Origin: an uncultured Actinomycetes bacterium
GTDB taxonomy: Bacteria; Actinomycetota; Thermoleophilia; Solirubrobacterales; Solirubrobacteraceae
DNA length: 64,000 nt
Direction of reading: 5' to 3'
Assembly: GCA_963786575.1 (NCBI GenBank)
Contig: CAWAZH010000006.1
Span: forward strand, 21,993 to 85,992
Shown here piece after piece: positions 7,812 to 16,057 of the stretch. Within the stretch, counting starts at the first letter, position 1, and each line of letters starts with the position of its first letter. The notes under the pieces are model-generated. The model made no database searches and was not told the DNA's origin. It saw nothing but the letters and a program-made list of their open reading frames with translations. A program made the translations under genes and the position numbers.

Positions 7812-8760
7812 CGCCCTCGACCGCGACGGTGTCGCCGCCGATCGCGTCCGAGCGGCGCGCGGCGTCGAGGACGCACATGACGGCGGCGCCCTCGCCGGCG
7901 GTCGCCAGCGGGCCCGGGTCGCCGCCGCGCAGCGCGCGGCCGAAGGCCTCCAGCTGCGCGGTCAGCGAGCGCACGAGCGGGCTGATGCCCGGGCGCACGC
8001 GAGCCGCGGCGCCGCGCGCGCGGCCCCCGCGCTCCACGCGGGCGAGGCGGCGGCCGTCGGGGCCGAGGATCTCGACGAGCTCGTGGTGCGTGCGATCGGT
8101 GGCGCACTCGATCCGCACGCGAGCTCGCGACGTGGCGAGCTCGATGCCGGCGCGGTCGCGCGCCGCATGGGCGCGGACGGCGAGCGGCAGCGTGCCGGTG
8201 AGGAAGAGCGCGAGGTCGATGAGGTGCGGGGCGAGGTCCAGCAGGGCGTCCTCGTCGCGGACCACGGCCCGCCAGGACTTGCGGCGGTAGTGCAGGACCA
8301 TGCGCAGCTCGACCTCGCCGCCCGGCGGCATCGAGCCGGCCAGCTCGAGCCCCTGGTCGAAGCGCCGGTTGAAGCCGATGAACGGCGCCGGCGTGAGCGC
8401 CATGAGTCGCAGGGCGGCCTCGTAGTCGGGCGCGGGCGGCTTCTCGATCAGCGCCGGGTAGTCGGCGGCCGCGACCGCCAGGGCGACCTCCTCGTGCTGC
8501 TCGGCGGTCGTGCAGACGACGATGCCGTCGAGGCTGGTGGCGGCCAGCAGCTCGCTGAGCCGCGCGTGCGCGGAGGCGCCGAGCTTGCCCGCCACGAGCC
8601 CGCGGCGGGCGCGGTCGGGGTCGCCGACCGCGACGATGTCGACGCCCGCGGCGGCGCGCGAGGCGGGCACGTAGCCGAGCTCGGCGAGGCGGCCGCACCC
8701 GACCAGGCCGAGGCGCACCGGTGCGGCGGGTCGATCGGGGGCTGTTGGCGCGGAGGACAT
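7789..8760 (-). CDS. Gfo/Idh/MocA family oxidoreductase
   Basis: N-terminal Rossmann motif VRLGLVGCGRLA, EKP motif (LIEKPPA), and typical length of 323 aa. Confidence 0.85.
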   Translation of the reverse strand: MSSAPTAPDRPAAPVRLGLVGCGRLAELGYVPASRAAAGVDIVAVGDPDRARRGLVAGKLGASAHARLSELLAATSLDGIVVCTTAEQHEEVALAVAAADYPALIEKPPAPDYEAALRLMALTPAPFIGFNRRFDQGLELAGSMPPGGEVELRMVLHYRRKSWRAVVRDEDALLDLAPHLIDLALFLTGTLPLAVRAHAARDRAGIELATSRARVRIECATDRTHHELVEILGPDGRRLARVERGGRARGAAARVRPGISPLVRSLTAQLEAFGRALRGGDPGPLATAGEGAAVMCVLDAARRSDAIGGDTVAVEGVTLADAS

Positions 8761-8814
8761 GGTTCGACGGGACTGGAAAGGTAGGAGCGAGGCCAGGCTA
8801 CGACCTCGCCCGGC

Positions 8815-8838
8815 GGTCAGCGGGTCAGCGGGTCAGAG
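8815..8838. repeat. 8-bp tandem repeat GGTCAGCG x3 (third copy GGTCAGAG)
   Basis: Read directly. On the minus strand it supplies TGA stops in all three frames (8817, 8825, 8833) at the end of the PhzF-like gene. Confidence 0.9.
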
Positions 8839-9688
8839 CGACACTTCGCCGTCGGCGACCACGACGACGTCGCCCGAGACGCGCGGGCGGTCGTCCTCCC
8901 AGGCGCAGTCGATCCGGCTCGGGCGCCCCATCTCGGCGCCCTGGTGGACGGTCAGCTCGGTCGTCCCGTCGCGCTCGCGCAGGTAGGCGAGCAGCGGGCC
9001 GGCGGCCGAGCCGGTCGCCGGATCCTCGGCGATCCCCGCCGGGTCCAGGAAGAACCCGCGTGCCCGCGCGCTGCCGGCGCCGGGATCGACGGCGGCGAGG
9101 TAGAGGACCATCGCGCCGATCGGCTCCAGCAGCGCCCGCATGGCCGCGCGGTCGGGGGCGACGCGCGCGAGCGTCGCGGCGTCGCGGACCGGCGCGAGCA
9201 GGTGCGCGACGCCGGTGGAGACGACCTGCGGCGGATGCGCCTCGTCGGCGTCGGCGGCGCCCAGTCCGGCGGCGGCCATGACCTCGGCGACCGCTGGCTC
9301 GTCCGCGAAGACGGGCGGCTCCTGGAGCATCGTCGCGGTCGCGCGGTCGCCGTCGAGCGTCACCTCGACGGGCTGCAGCCCGGCCGGCGTCTGCTGGACG
9401 TAGCGCGCGTGCGACTCGCCGCGGGCGCGGGCGACCGCGACCGCCGTGCCGAGCGACGGGTGGCCGGCGAACGGCATCTCGCCGGGCGTCGCGAAGATCC
9501 GGTTGCGGTAGTCGGCGCCGGCCACGGTCGCGCGCTGGACGAAGGTCGTCTCCGACAGGCGCGTCTCGCGGGCGAAGGCGAGCATCGTCGCGTCGTCGAG
9601 GCCGTCGGCGTCGTGGACGACCGCCAGCTGGTTGCCCGGCGAGCGGGGTCGACGTGAAGACGTCGAGCCAGGTGAGGCGCCGGCGCAC
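8833..9688 (-). pseudogene. PhzF family isomerase, frameshifted (pseudogene or sequencing indel)
   Basis: The N-terminus VRRRLTWLDVFTSTPLAG is in one frame, and NQLAVVHDADGLDDATMLAFARETRLSETTF ... to the end is in another. The join is at a CCC run at 9635-9637 (GGC read as GGG-C). Length is 856 nt = 3n+1. Confidence 0.8.
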
Positions 9689-9698
9689 CGGCGGCCGG

Positions 9699-10509
9699 CT
9701 AGCCGTCGAAGTCGAAGTCGCGCGGCGGGCGCTGCTCGAACCAGAGCCGGTCGTGCTCGGGCGTCTCCTCGAGGAAATCCGGGGTCTCCTCGAGCAGGTC
9801 CTCGCCGTCGGGCTCGTCGTCGGCGGGGACGTCGGGCTCGCGGGCCGGCGGCGGCGTGTACGGCGGCGGCTGCTGGGCGGGCGCCGAGGGCGGCTCGTAC
9901 GGCGGACGCGGCCTGGTGGTGCGCCGTCGGCGGGTCGGGGTCCGGCTCGCCGGTCGGCTCCGCCTCGGCGTGCTCGCGGCGGCCGCGCCTGAAGCGCGAC
10001 AGCAGCGAGTGCGACGTGCTCGGCGCCGGCTCGGGCTCGGCCTCCGGTTCGTCGGCCAGCTCGGGGAAGGGGTCGAAGTCGGGGTCGGGGTCCGGGGCCG
10101 GGTCGTAGACCGGCGGCGCCGGGACGGGCGGCGGCTCGTAGACATCCGGGGCCGGCGGCGGCTCGTAGGTCTGCGGCGGCGGTGGCGTCGCAGCCACCGG
10201 CGGGATCGACGGCGGCTCGTAGGTCGGAGCGGGCGGCGGCGGGCTGTGGATCGCCGTCTGCTCCTCCTCCGGCGGCGCGGCCGGGACCTCGTGGCCTGCG
10301 GTCGGCTCGTCGAGCTCGGGGTCGAACTCGGGCGCGTGCGCCTCGGCGGTTGCCGCCCCGGGCGCGTCCGCGAGCTCGGGCACGCCCTCGGCGGACCGGC
10401 GGACCGGGCCCAGCGCGTCGGTCTCCTGCCGCGAGATCTCGGTCGCATCGGCGCCTCGGCGCCGCTTGAGCTCCAGGTGCTCGCGGATGGCGTCGTCCAG
10501 CAGTCCCAT
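9699..10509 (-). pseudogene. conserved hypothetical proline-rich protein, frameshifted near 9905
   Basis: The N-terminal part (MGLLDDAIREHLELKRRRGADATEI..., YEPP repeats) is in one frame. The C-terminal part (PPYEPPSAPAQQPPPYTPPPAREPDVPADDEPDGEDLLEETPDFLEETPEHDRLWFEQRPPRDFDFDG) is in another. Length is 811 nt = 3n+1. Confidence 0.65.
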
Positions 10510-10520
10510 CTCGGGACAGC

Positions 10521-12395
10521 CTACCTCGCGCGCACCGACTTGTTCTTGCCCGTGCGCTTGGCCTCGTACAGCGCAGTGTCCGCGGCGGCCAGCAGGCGGC
10601 CCTCGTCGGCCTCCGCCGGCGGCACCGCGGCGACGCCGCAGCTCGTGGTGATCGTGATCGAGCCCTGGCCGTCGGCACGGGGGATCCGCAGCCCGCCGAT
10701 GCGCTCGCGCACGCGCTCGGCGAGGTTGTACGTGCCCTCGAGATCGGTGCCCGGCACGACGACCGCCAGCTCCTCGCCGCCGTAGCGGGCGGGATGGTCG
10801 ACCTCGCGCGAGGCGTCGCGCAGCACGCGCGCGACCTCGCTCAGGACGATGTCGCCCTGCTGATGGCCGTAGGTGTCGTTGACGGACTTGAAGTCGTCGA
10901 GGTCCAGCAGGATGAGCCCGAGCCCGGTGCCGTAGCGCCTGCTGCGCTCGACCTCGCTCGCGAGGGCGTCGTCGAAGGCGCGGCGGTTGGACAGGCCCGT
11001 GAGCTCGTCGGTGATCGACTCGCGGGCGGCGGTCTCGTGCAGTTGCACGTTCTCGATCGAGCGCGCCGCCTGCCCGGCGAGATAGCCGAAGAGCTCGCGA
11101 TCGCTCGGCGTGAAGGGGCGGCCGGTGCGGCCGATCGACACGACGCCGACGACCTGGTTGCCGGCGCCGTCGCGCAGCGGGTGGGCGATCGCGTTGGTCT
11201 CGCCGACGGAGGACTCGCGCGGGCTGCCGACGCGCAGCGCCTCTGACTCGACCGACTGGACGGCGGACTCCAGCCCGTTGAGGATGCCGACGCGCGAGCG
11301 CTCCTGGAGCGTCACGCCGTCGGGCCCGCGGACGCAGGCGCGCCCGGCGTCGGCGCCGACGCCGTCGACGGCCGTGCGCACGACGATCTCCAGCAGGGCG
11401 TCGCGATCCAGGCCCGAGGCCACGGCCTCGCCGAGGCGCAGCATCGAGTCCTGCATGCGCTTGCGCTCCTTGCCGAGCTCGATCAGCCGGCCCTCGAGCT
11501 CCGTGGACATCTTGTTGAACTCCTGGCCGAGCTCGGCGAACTCGTCGTTGCCGACGGTCGGGACCTTGGCGGAGAAGTCGCCGCCGGCAAGCCGGCGGGC
11601 GGCGGTGAGGAAGCCGGCGATCTGCTGCTGCAGGGTGCGCGACACGAGCACGGCGCAGGCGATCGCGATGAGGAAGAAGCCGAGCAGGATCGATGCCGCG
11701 GTGATGCGCCCGTCGCGGATCTTGGTGGTCGTGGCGCCGACCGTGCGCAGCGTCGAGACGCGCACGCGCTGGCCGGCGAAGGACGTGGTGTCGCTGAAGG
11801 AGACGACGCGGTACTCCGTGTCGTCGACCGAGATCTCGTCGCCGTCGATCGGGAGCTCGCGCGAGCCGATCGCGGGAAGCGTGCTGGCGACGACGCGGCC
11901 GTTCACCCGCACGACCGTCTCCAGGCTCGCGAGCCGCTTCACCTGGGCCGCGTAGTGGCGGGCGTCGATGACGGAGACCTGCAGCACCCCGAGCGACTTG
12001 CGCGCTGCCGACTGGATCGGGCGGCTCGCGGGCGCGATCGCGGTCCGGTCGCCCACGCGCATGGCGACACGACCGTCGCGCACGAGCACGATGCGCTCGA
12101 TGCCGCGGGACTTCTCGAGCTGGCGCGCGCGCTTGGCCGCCCGCCGGCGGTCGTCCTTCGCGAGCGCCGAGACGAAGACCCGGTCGTTGCGCAGCTCGCC
12201 GGAGATCGCGACCCGCGCAAGGTCGCGCTGCTCGCTGTAGAGCTGCTTGGCGACGTCGTGTTGCGCGGAGATCGCGGCGTTGGCCTTGCCGTTCTCGCTC
12301 TGCGCGATGAGGCGGAACAGCAGGAACGTCACCGCGAGCATCGGGACGATGACGATCAAGACGAAGAACAACGCCAGGCGATTGCGAAAGCTCAC
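10521..12395 (-). CDS. diguanylate cyclase with N-terminal sensor, HAMP, GAF and GGDEF domains
   Basis: 624 aa. Two TM helices flank a periplasmic-type domain. HAMP region (LAGGDFSAKVPTVGNDEFAELGQEFNKM), GAF-like region, and a GGDEF domain with REVDHPARYGGEEL (RxxD I-site plus a GGEEL active-site variant). Confidence 0.9.
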   Translation of the reverse strand: MSFRNRLALFFVLIVIVPMLAVTFLLFRLIAQSENGKANAAISAQHDVAKQLYSEQRDLARVAISGELRNDRVFVSALAKDDRRRAAKRARQLEKSRGIERIVLVRDGRVAMRVGDRTAIAPASRPIQSAARKSLGVLQVSVIDARHYAAQVKRLASLETVVRVNGRVVASTLPAIGSRELPIDGDEISVDDTEYRVVSFSDTTSFAGQRVRVSTLRTVGATTTKIRDGRITAASILLGFFLIAIACAVLVSRTLQQQIAGFLTAARRLAGGDFSAKVPTVGNDEFAELGQEFNKMSTELEGRLIELGKERKRMQDSMLRLGEAVASGLDRDALLEIVVRTAVDGVGADAGRACVRGPDGVTLQERSRVGILNGLESAVQSVESEALRVGSPRESSVGETNAIAHPLRDGAGNQVVGVVSIGRTGRPFTPSDRELFGYLAGQAARSIENVQLHETAARESITDELTGLSNRRAFDDALASEVERSRRYGTGLGLILLDLDDFKSVNDTYGHQQGDIVLSEVARVLRDASREVDHPARYGGEELAVVVPGTDLEGTYNLAERVRERIGGLRIPRADGQGSITITTSCGVAAVPPAEADEGRLLAAADTALYEAKRTGKNKSVRAR

Positions 12396-12475
12396 GTGTG
12401 GTCAGGGTATCGGCGCATCGGCCGCCTTTCCGTAGCCCTGGCCTTGTGTGAGCACGGCTACACTGTCGGTTCCTC

Positions 12476-12548
12476 GGGGCTATAGCTCAGTTGGGAGAGC
12501 GCCTGGATCGCACCCAGGAGGTCGGGGGTTCGAGTCCCCCTAGCTCCA
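12476..12548 (+). tRNA. tRNA-Ala (anticodon CGC)
   Basis: 73-nt cloverleaf GGGGCTATAGCTCAGTTGGGAGAGCGCCTGGATCGCACCCAGGAGGTCGGGGGTTCGAGTCCCCCTAGCTCCA. Anticodon loop auCGCac, G3:U70, CCA not encoded. A TACACT -10-like hexamer lies 11 nt upstream. Confidence 0.97.
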
Positions 12549-12604
12549 TCGCCTCGCTGTTCCCGGAATCAGTCCCGAAAGTCGGGGCGGTCCGTGCGGT
12601 CGCT

Positions 12605-13167
12605 GTGGGAGACTGCGCGCCGTTGTTGAGGAGCGGACGATCCGGGGGCGTCGTCGCACGTTGCGTGCTGGCCGTGTCGGCGAGCGTCGCAGCACTCGTC
12701 CTCGCCGCTCCGGCGCTGGGCGAGAACTACATGTACGCGTCGCGGTCGGGCGGTCACGGAAGCGCCAATGGGCCGCTCGACGCCCCGCGGAACCTGGCGA
12801 TCAACGCGGCCGGCCAGGTGTTCGTCAGCGACGACAACAACCACCGGATCGTGGTGTTCAGCTCGACCGGGGTTTCGTCCGCACGTGGGGGACGCGCGGC
12901 ACCGGCGACCTGCAGTTCGAGGGCCCACGGGGCATCGCGATCGACCCCGTGTCCGGCAATGTCGTCGTGGCCGACCGGGTGAACAACCGGATCATGGTGT
13001 TCGATCAGCTCGGCGGCTTCGTCCGCAAGTGGGGAGGTCCCGGCGCCGGGGACCTGCAGTTCAACGACCCCTACGGCGTGGCGGTCGACCTGAGCGTCGT
13101 CGCGAAGCTGCCGCGGCGGCGCTCGTTCAGGCCGCGCGCGCGGCGGCCCCAAGACGGGTCGCGCTGA
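12605..13167 (+). pseudogene. NHL-repeat protein fragment: frameshifted and 3'-truncated
   Basis: A signal-peptide-like N-terminus is followed by NHL repeats (LDAPRNLAINAAGQVFVSDDNNHRIVVF; QFEGPRGIAIDPVSGNVVVADRVNNRIMVF; QFNDPYGVAVD...). The frame breaks at the GGGG run at 12869-12872 (one G missing). Repeat homology stops after the third blade, where the methyltransferase gene begins. Confidence 0.7.
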
Positions 13168-13909
13168 TCTCGATCGCCTCGGGGTTGGAGTCGATCAGCA
13201 CGAAGCGCCGGCCGAGCGGGCCGCACACCGCGCCGAGCGTGCCCGAGCCGGCGAACGGGTCCAGACACCAGCCGCCGGGGCGCGAGGACGCGGCGACCAT
13301 CCGCCGCACGATGCCGGCCGGCTTCTGCGTCGGGTAGCCCGTCTTCTCGCGCGAGTTCGTCGGCACGATCGTGTGCCACCAGCAGTCGCTCGGGCGCTTG
13401 CCGCGGGCGGCCTTCTCGGGCCCGACGAGCCCCGGCGCCATGTACGGCTCGCGGTCGACCTCGTCGTCGTCGAAGTGGTACTTCGAGCGGTCGCGGACGT
13501 AGACGAGGATCGTGTCGTGCTTGGCCGGCCAGCGGCGCTTGGGCCGGCCGCCGTAGTCGTAGATCCAGATCAGCTCGTTGAGGAAGCACTCGGGGCCGAA
13601 GAGCTCGTCGAGCGCGAGCTTGGCGCGGTGCGCCTCGCGGTAGTCGAGGTGCAGGTAGAGCGTCCCGTGCGGCGCGAGCAGCTCGCGCACGCGCTGCAGG
13701 CGCGGCGCGAGGAACCCGACGTAGTCGTCGAACGCGTCGGCGTACCCCAGCGCGCCGCGGCGGCGCTCGGAGCCGGTGTTGAAGGGCGGGTCGAGGTAGG
13801 CCATGTCGAAGCTCGCGTCGGGGAGGGCGGCCATCGCGGCGAGGTTGTCGCCGCCGACGAGCAGGTCGTCGTCGAGCACGAGCGGGTCTCCGGGAGCGAC
13901 GATGCGCAC
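13127..13909 (-). CDS. site-specific DNA methyltransferase (beta-class N6-adenine/N4-cytosine), no cognate nuclease seen
   Basis: Starts at internal GTG 13909 of track ORF 13127..15016. Motif IV DPPFN lies N-terminal to motif I DPFAGSGT (beta-class order). PTQKP and ELIWIYDYG blocks are typical of the N4/N6 MTase family. Confidence 0.85.
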   Translation of the reverse strand: MRIVAPGDPLVLDDDLLVGGDNLAAMAALPDASFDMAYLDPPFNTGSERRRGALGYADAFDDYVGFLAPRLQRVRELLAPHGTLYLHLDYREAHRAKLALDELFGPECFLNELIWIYDYGGRPKRRWPAKHDTILVYVRDRSKYHFDDDEVDREPYMAPGLVGPEKAARGKRPSDCWWHTIVPTNSREKTGYPTQKPAGIVRRMVAASSRPGGWCLDPFAGSGTLGAVCGPLGRRFVLIDSNPEAIEISATRLGAAARAA

Positions 13910-13984
13910 GGCGCGAGGGTAGAAGGCGCGACGGTCGTCGCGGGCGCGGCGCGGGCGCGGGCCAAGCTTGCGAGGCTGTGGGGG

Positions 13985-15436
13985 ATGGCGTCGCTGCTCC
14001 TGCGCGTCCTCGCGCTGGCTGCCGTCGTCGTCGCGGCGGTGTTCGGCGCGCGGGCCCTCCTGAACTCCGGCGGCAGTCCCCGCCTCGCCCCCGGCTCCGG
14101 CCAGGCGGCGGGCCAGGACGACGACCGCGTCGACCCGCTCGCGTACACGCCTGCGCGCGAGGACGAGCTCGTCGCCGCCGCGGCGCGCGGCAACGCGCAC
14201 GTCATCTACGCCAAGTCGCCGGGCGGGGCGCTGGCGAGCGCCGCGCGGACCGCGCGCTACCGCCCACTCGTCGAAGCCGCCGCGAAGGTCGCCGACCTCG
14301 ATCCCGACACGCTGGAGGCGATCGTCCTGCTGGAGAGCGCCGGGCGCCCCGACGCGATCGCCGACCCGCGCCTGGAGGGCGCCGTCGGGCTGACGCAGAT
14401 CCTCGCCGAGACGGGACGCAACCTGCTGCAGATGCGCGTCGACCCGGCGGGCGCGCGGCGGATCGGCCGTTCGATCGCCCGCGCGCAGGCGCGCGGCGAC
14501 GGCGCGCTGGTCGCGCGGCTGCGGGCGCGACGCCGGCGCGTGGACGAGCGCTTCGACCCGCCGAAGGCCCTCGCCGCGACCGTCCGCTACCTGCTGCTCG
14601 CGCGCAACGAGCTGCACCGCGAGGACCTCGCCGTCGTCAGCTACCACATGGGCATCGGCAACCTCCAGAACGCGCTGCGCGCCTACGACGGCGGCGACGA
14701 CGTCTCCTACGCGCGCCTGTACTTCGACTCCTCGCCGACGCAGCATCCGAGCGCGTGGCAGTCGCTGGCGAAGCTCGGCGACGACTCGTCGACCTACCTC
14801 TGGCGCGTCATGGCGGCGCGCGAGATCATGCGCCTGTACCGCGCCGACCCCGCGCAGCTGACCGCCAACTCGGGGCTGCAGAACGCCAAGAACTCGGCCG
14901 AGGAGGTCCTGCACCCGGAGTCCTCGACCGAGCGCTTCGCGACGCCGGACGACCTGCGCGGCGCCTACGACGACGGCCGCCTCGTCGAGCTGCCGCGCGC
15001 GCTGCTGGATGGCCACGGCATCAGCATCGACGGGCAGATGGGCGAGCTCGCGGGGCGCCTGAAGCGCTCGCGGACGACCTACCGCGGGCTACGGCCGGAG
15101 GCGCTTGCGCTGCTCGTCGTGCTCGGCGCCGGGACGAAGGAGATCTCCGGCAGCGAGCCGCTGATCCTCACGAGCACGGTCCGCGACCAGCGCTACCAGC
15201 GCCTGCTGATCGCCGACAACGGCGAGGCGACCCGCAACTACTCGCTGCACACGACCGGCTGGGCGTTCGACATCCTGCGCACGTACCAATCGCGCGCGCA
15301 GGCACTGGCGTTCGAGTTCATGCTCGGGCGCCTGCAGTCCGAGGACCTCATCGCCTGGGTGCGCGAGCCGGCCGCGATCCACGTGACCGTCTCGTCGCGC
15401 GCCCAAGCGCTGCTCGGGGTGCTGCGCGGTGGCTAG
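13985..15436 (+). CDS. exported cell-wall hydrolase: lytic transglycosylase (SLT) domain fused to an M15/VanY-like peptidase domain
   Basis: ATG 13985, N-terminal TM/signal (MASLLLRVLALAAVVVAAVF). SLT catalytic block LLESAGRPDAI...AVGLTQIL. C-terminal SLHTTGWAFDI ... IHV resembles the SxHxxGxAxD ... H zinc site of M15 peptidases. Confidence 0.75.
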   Translation: MASLLLRVLALAAVVVAAVFGARALLNSGGSPRLAPGSGQAAGQDDDRVDPLAYTPAREDELVAAAARGNAHVIYAKSPGGALASAARTARYRPLVEAAAKVADLDPDTLEAIVLLESAGRPDAIADPRLEGAVGLTQILAETGRNLLQMRVDPAGARRIGRSIARAQARGDGALVARLRARRRRVDERFDPPKALAATVRYLLLARNELHREDLAVVSYHMGIGNLQNALRAYDGGDDVSYARLYFDSSPTQHPSAWQSLAKLGDDSSTYLWRVMAAREIMRLYRADPAQLTANSGLQNAKNSAEEVLHPESSTERFATPDDLRGAYDDGRLVELPRALLDGHGISIDGQMGELAGRLKRSRTTYRGLRPEALALLVVLGAGTKEISGSEPLILTSTVRDQRYQRLLIADNGEATRNYSLHTTGWAFDILRTYQSRAQALAFEFMLGRLQSEDLIAWVREPAAIHVTVSSRAQALLGVLRGG

Positions 15437-15993
15437 TCCCCGAAGAGCTCGCCGAGCGCGAGCACGAACCCGGGCAGCAGCGGCGAGCTGAGCACGTCGC
15501 CGCGTGCGAGCTCGAGGCTCACGTCGAAGCTCGGCGCCTGCGGGGAGGAGCGGCGGAAGACGAGCACGACGTCGGCTGCCGTGTCGACGAGCCACAGCTC
15601 GGGCAGTCCGTGCTGCTCGTAGCGGGCCTTCTTGACGCCGATGTCGTAGCGCCACGTCGAGGGCGAGCGGATCTCGGCGGCGATGTCCGGCAGCGGCTGC
15701 GGGCGGAAGTCGGCACGGCCCGGCCCGCGGCCCTCGCGGTACCAGAGGACGTCGGGCGCAAAGCAGTTGTGCTCGTCGAGGGCGACGTCGAGCGGGAGTG
15801 TGGCTTCGCCGCGTCCCGGAGCGGCCCGGCACCAGATTCCGAGCGCCATGGCGAGCTCGAAGAGGGCTCGCTGGTGTCGCGCCATTGGCTCGTGCACGAC
15901 GACCTCACCGTCCACGAGGTTCGTCTTGCGCGGGTCCTCCTGCTCCAGGTACTCCGCAACCGTCATCCGCTGCGCCACGGTCATGCCGCTCAT
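15433..15993 (-). CDS. Uma2 family (DUF820) PD-(D/E)xK endonuclease-like protein
   Basis: MTVAEYLEQED...NLVDGEVVVHEP ... PDIAAEIRSPST ... KKARYEQHGLPELWLVD is the canonical Uma2 layout. The exact start (15993, 15984 or 15966) is uncertain. Confidence 0.85.
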   Translation of the reverse strand: MSGMTVAQRMTVAEYLEQEDPRKTNLVDGEVVVHEPMARHQRALFELAMALGIWCRAAPGRGEATLPLDVALDEHNCFAPDVLWYREGRGPGRADFRPQPLPDIAAEIRSPSTWRYDIGVKKARYEQHGLPELWLVDTAADVVLVFRRSSPQAPSFDVSLELARGDVLSSPLLPGFVLALGELFGD

Positions 15994-16057
15994 CGTACGC
16001 CCCGCTTCGCTCGCCGCCCACTCCTCACAGAGGCGCGGGCGGCGGCGTTCTCGCCCC

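Noticed and set aside
13127-15993. Methyltransferase plus Uma2 as a type II restriction-modification pair.
   Set aside because: The two genes are separated by an unrelated wall-hydrolase gene, are on a different transcriptional unit, and Uma2 proteins are abundant stand-alone genes. There is no evidence of a cognate nuclease.
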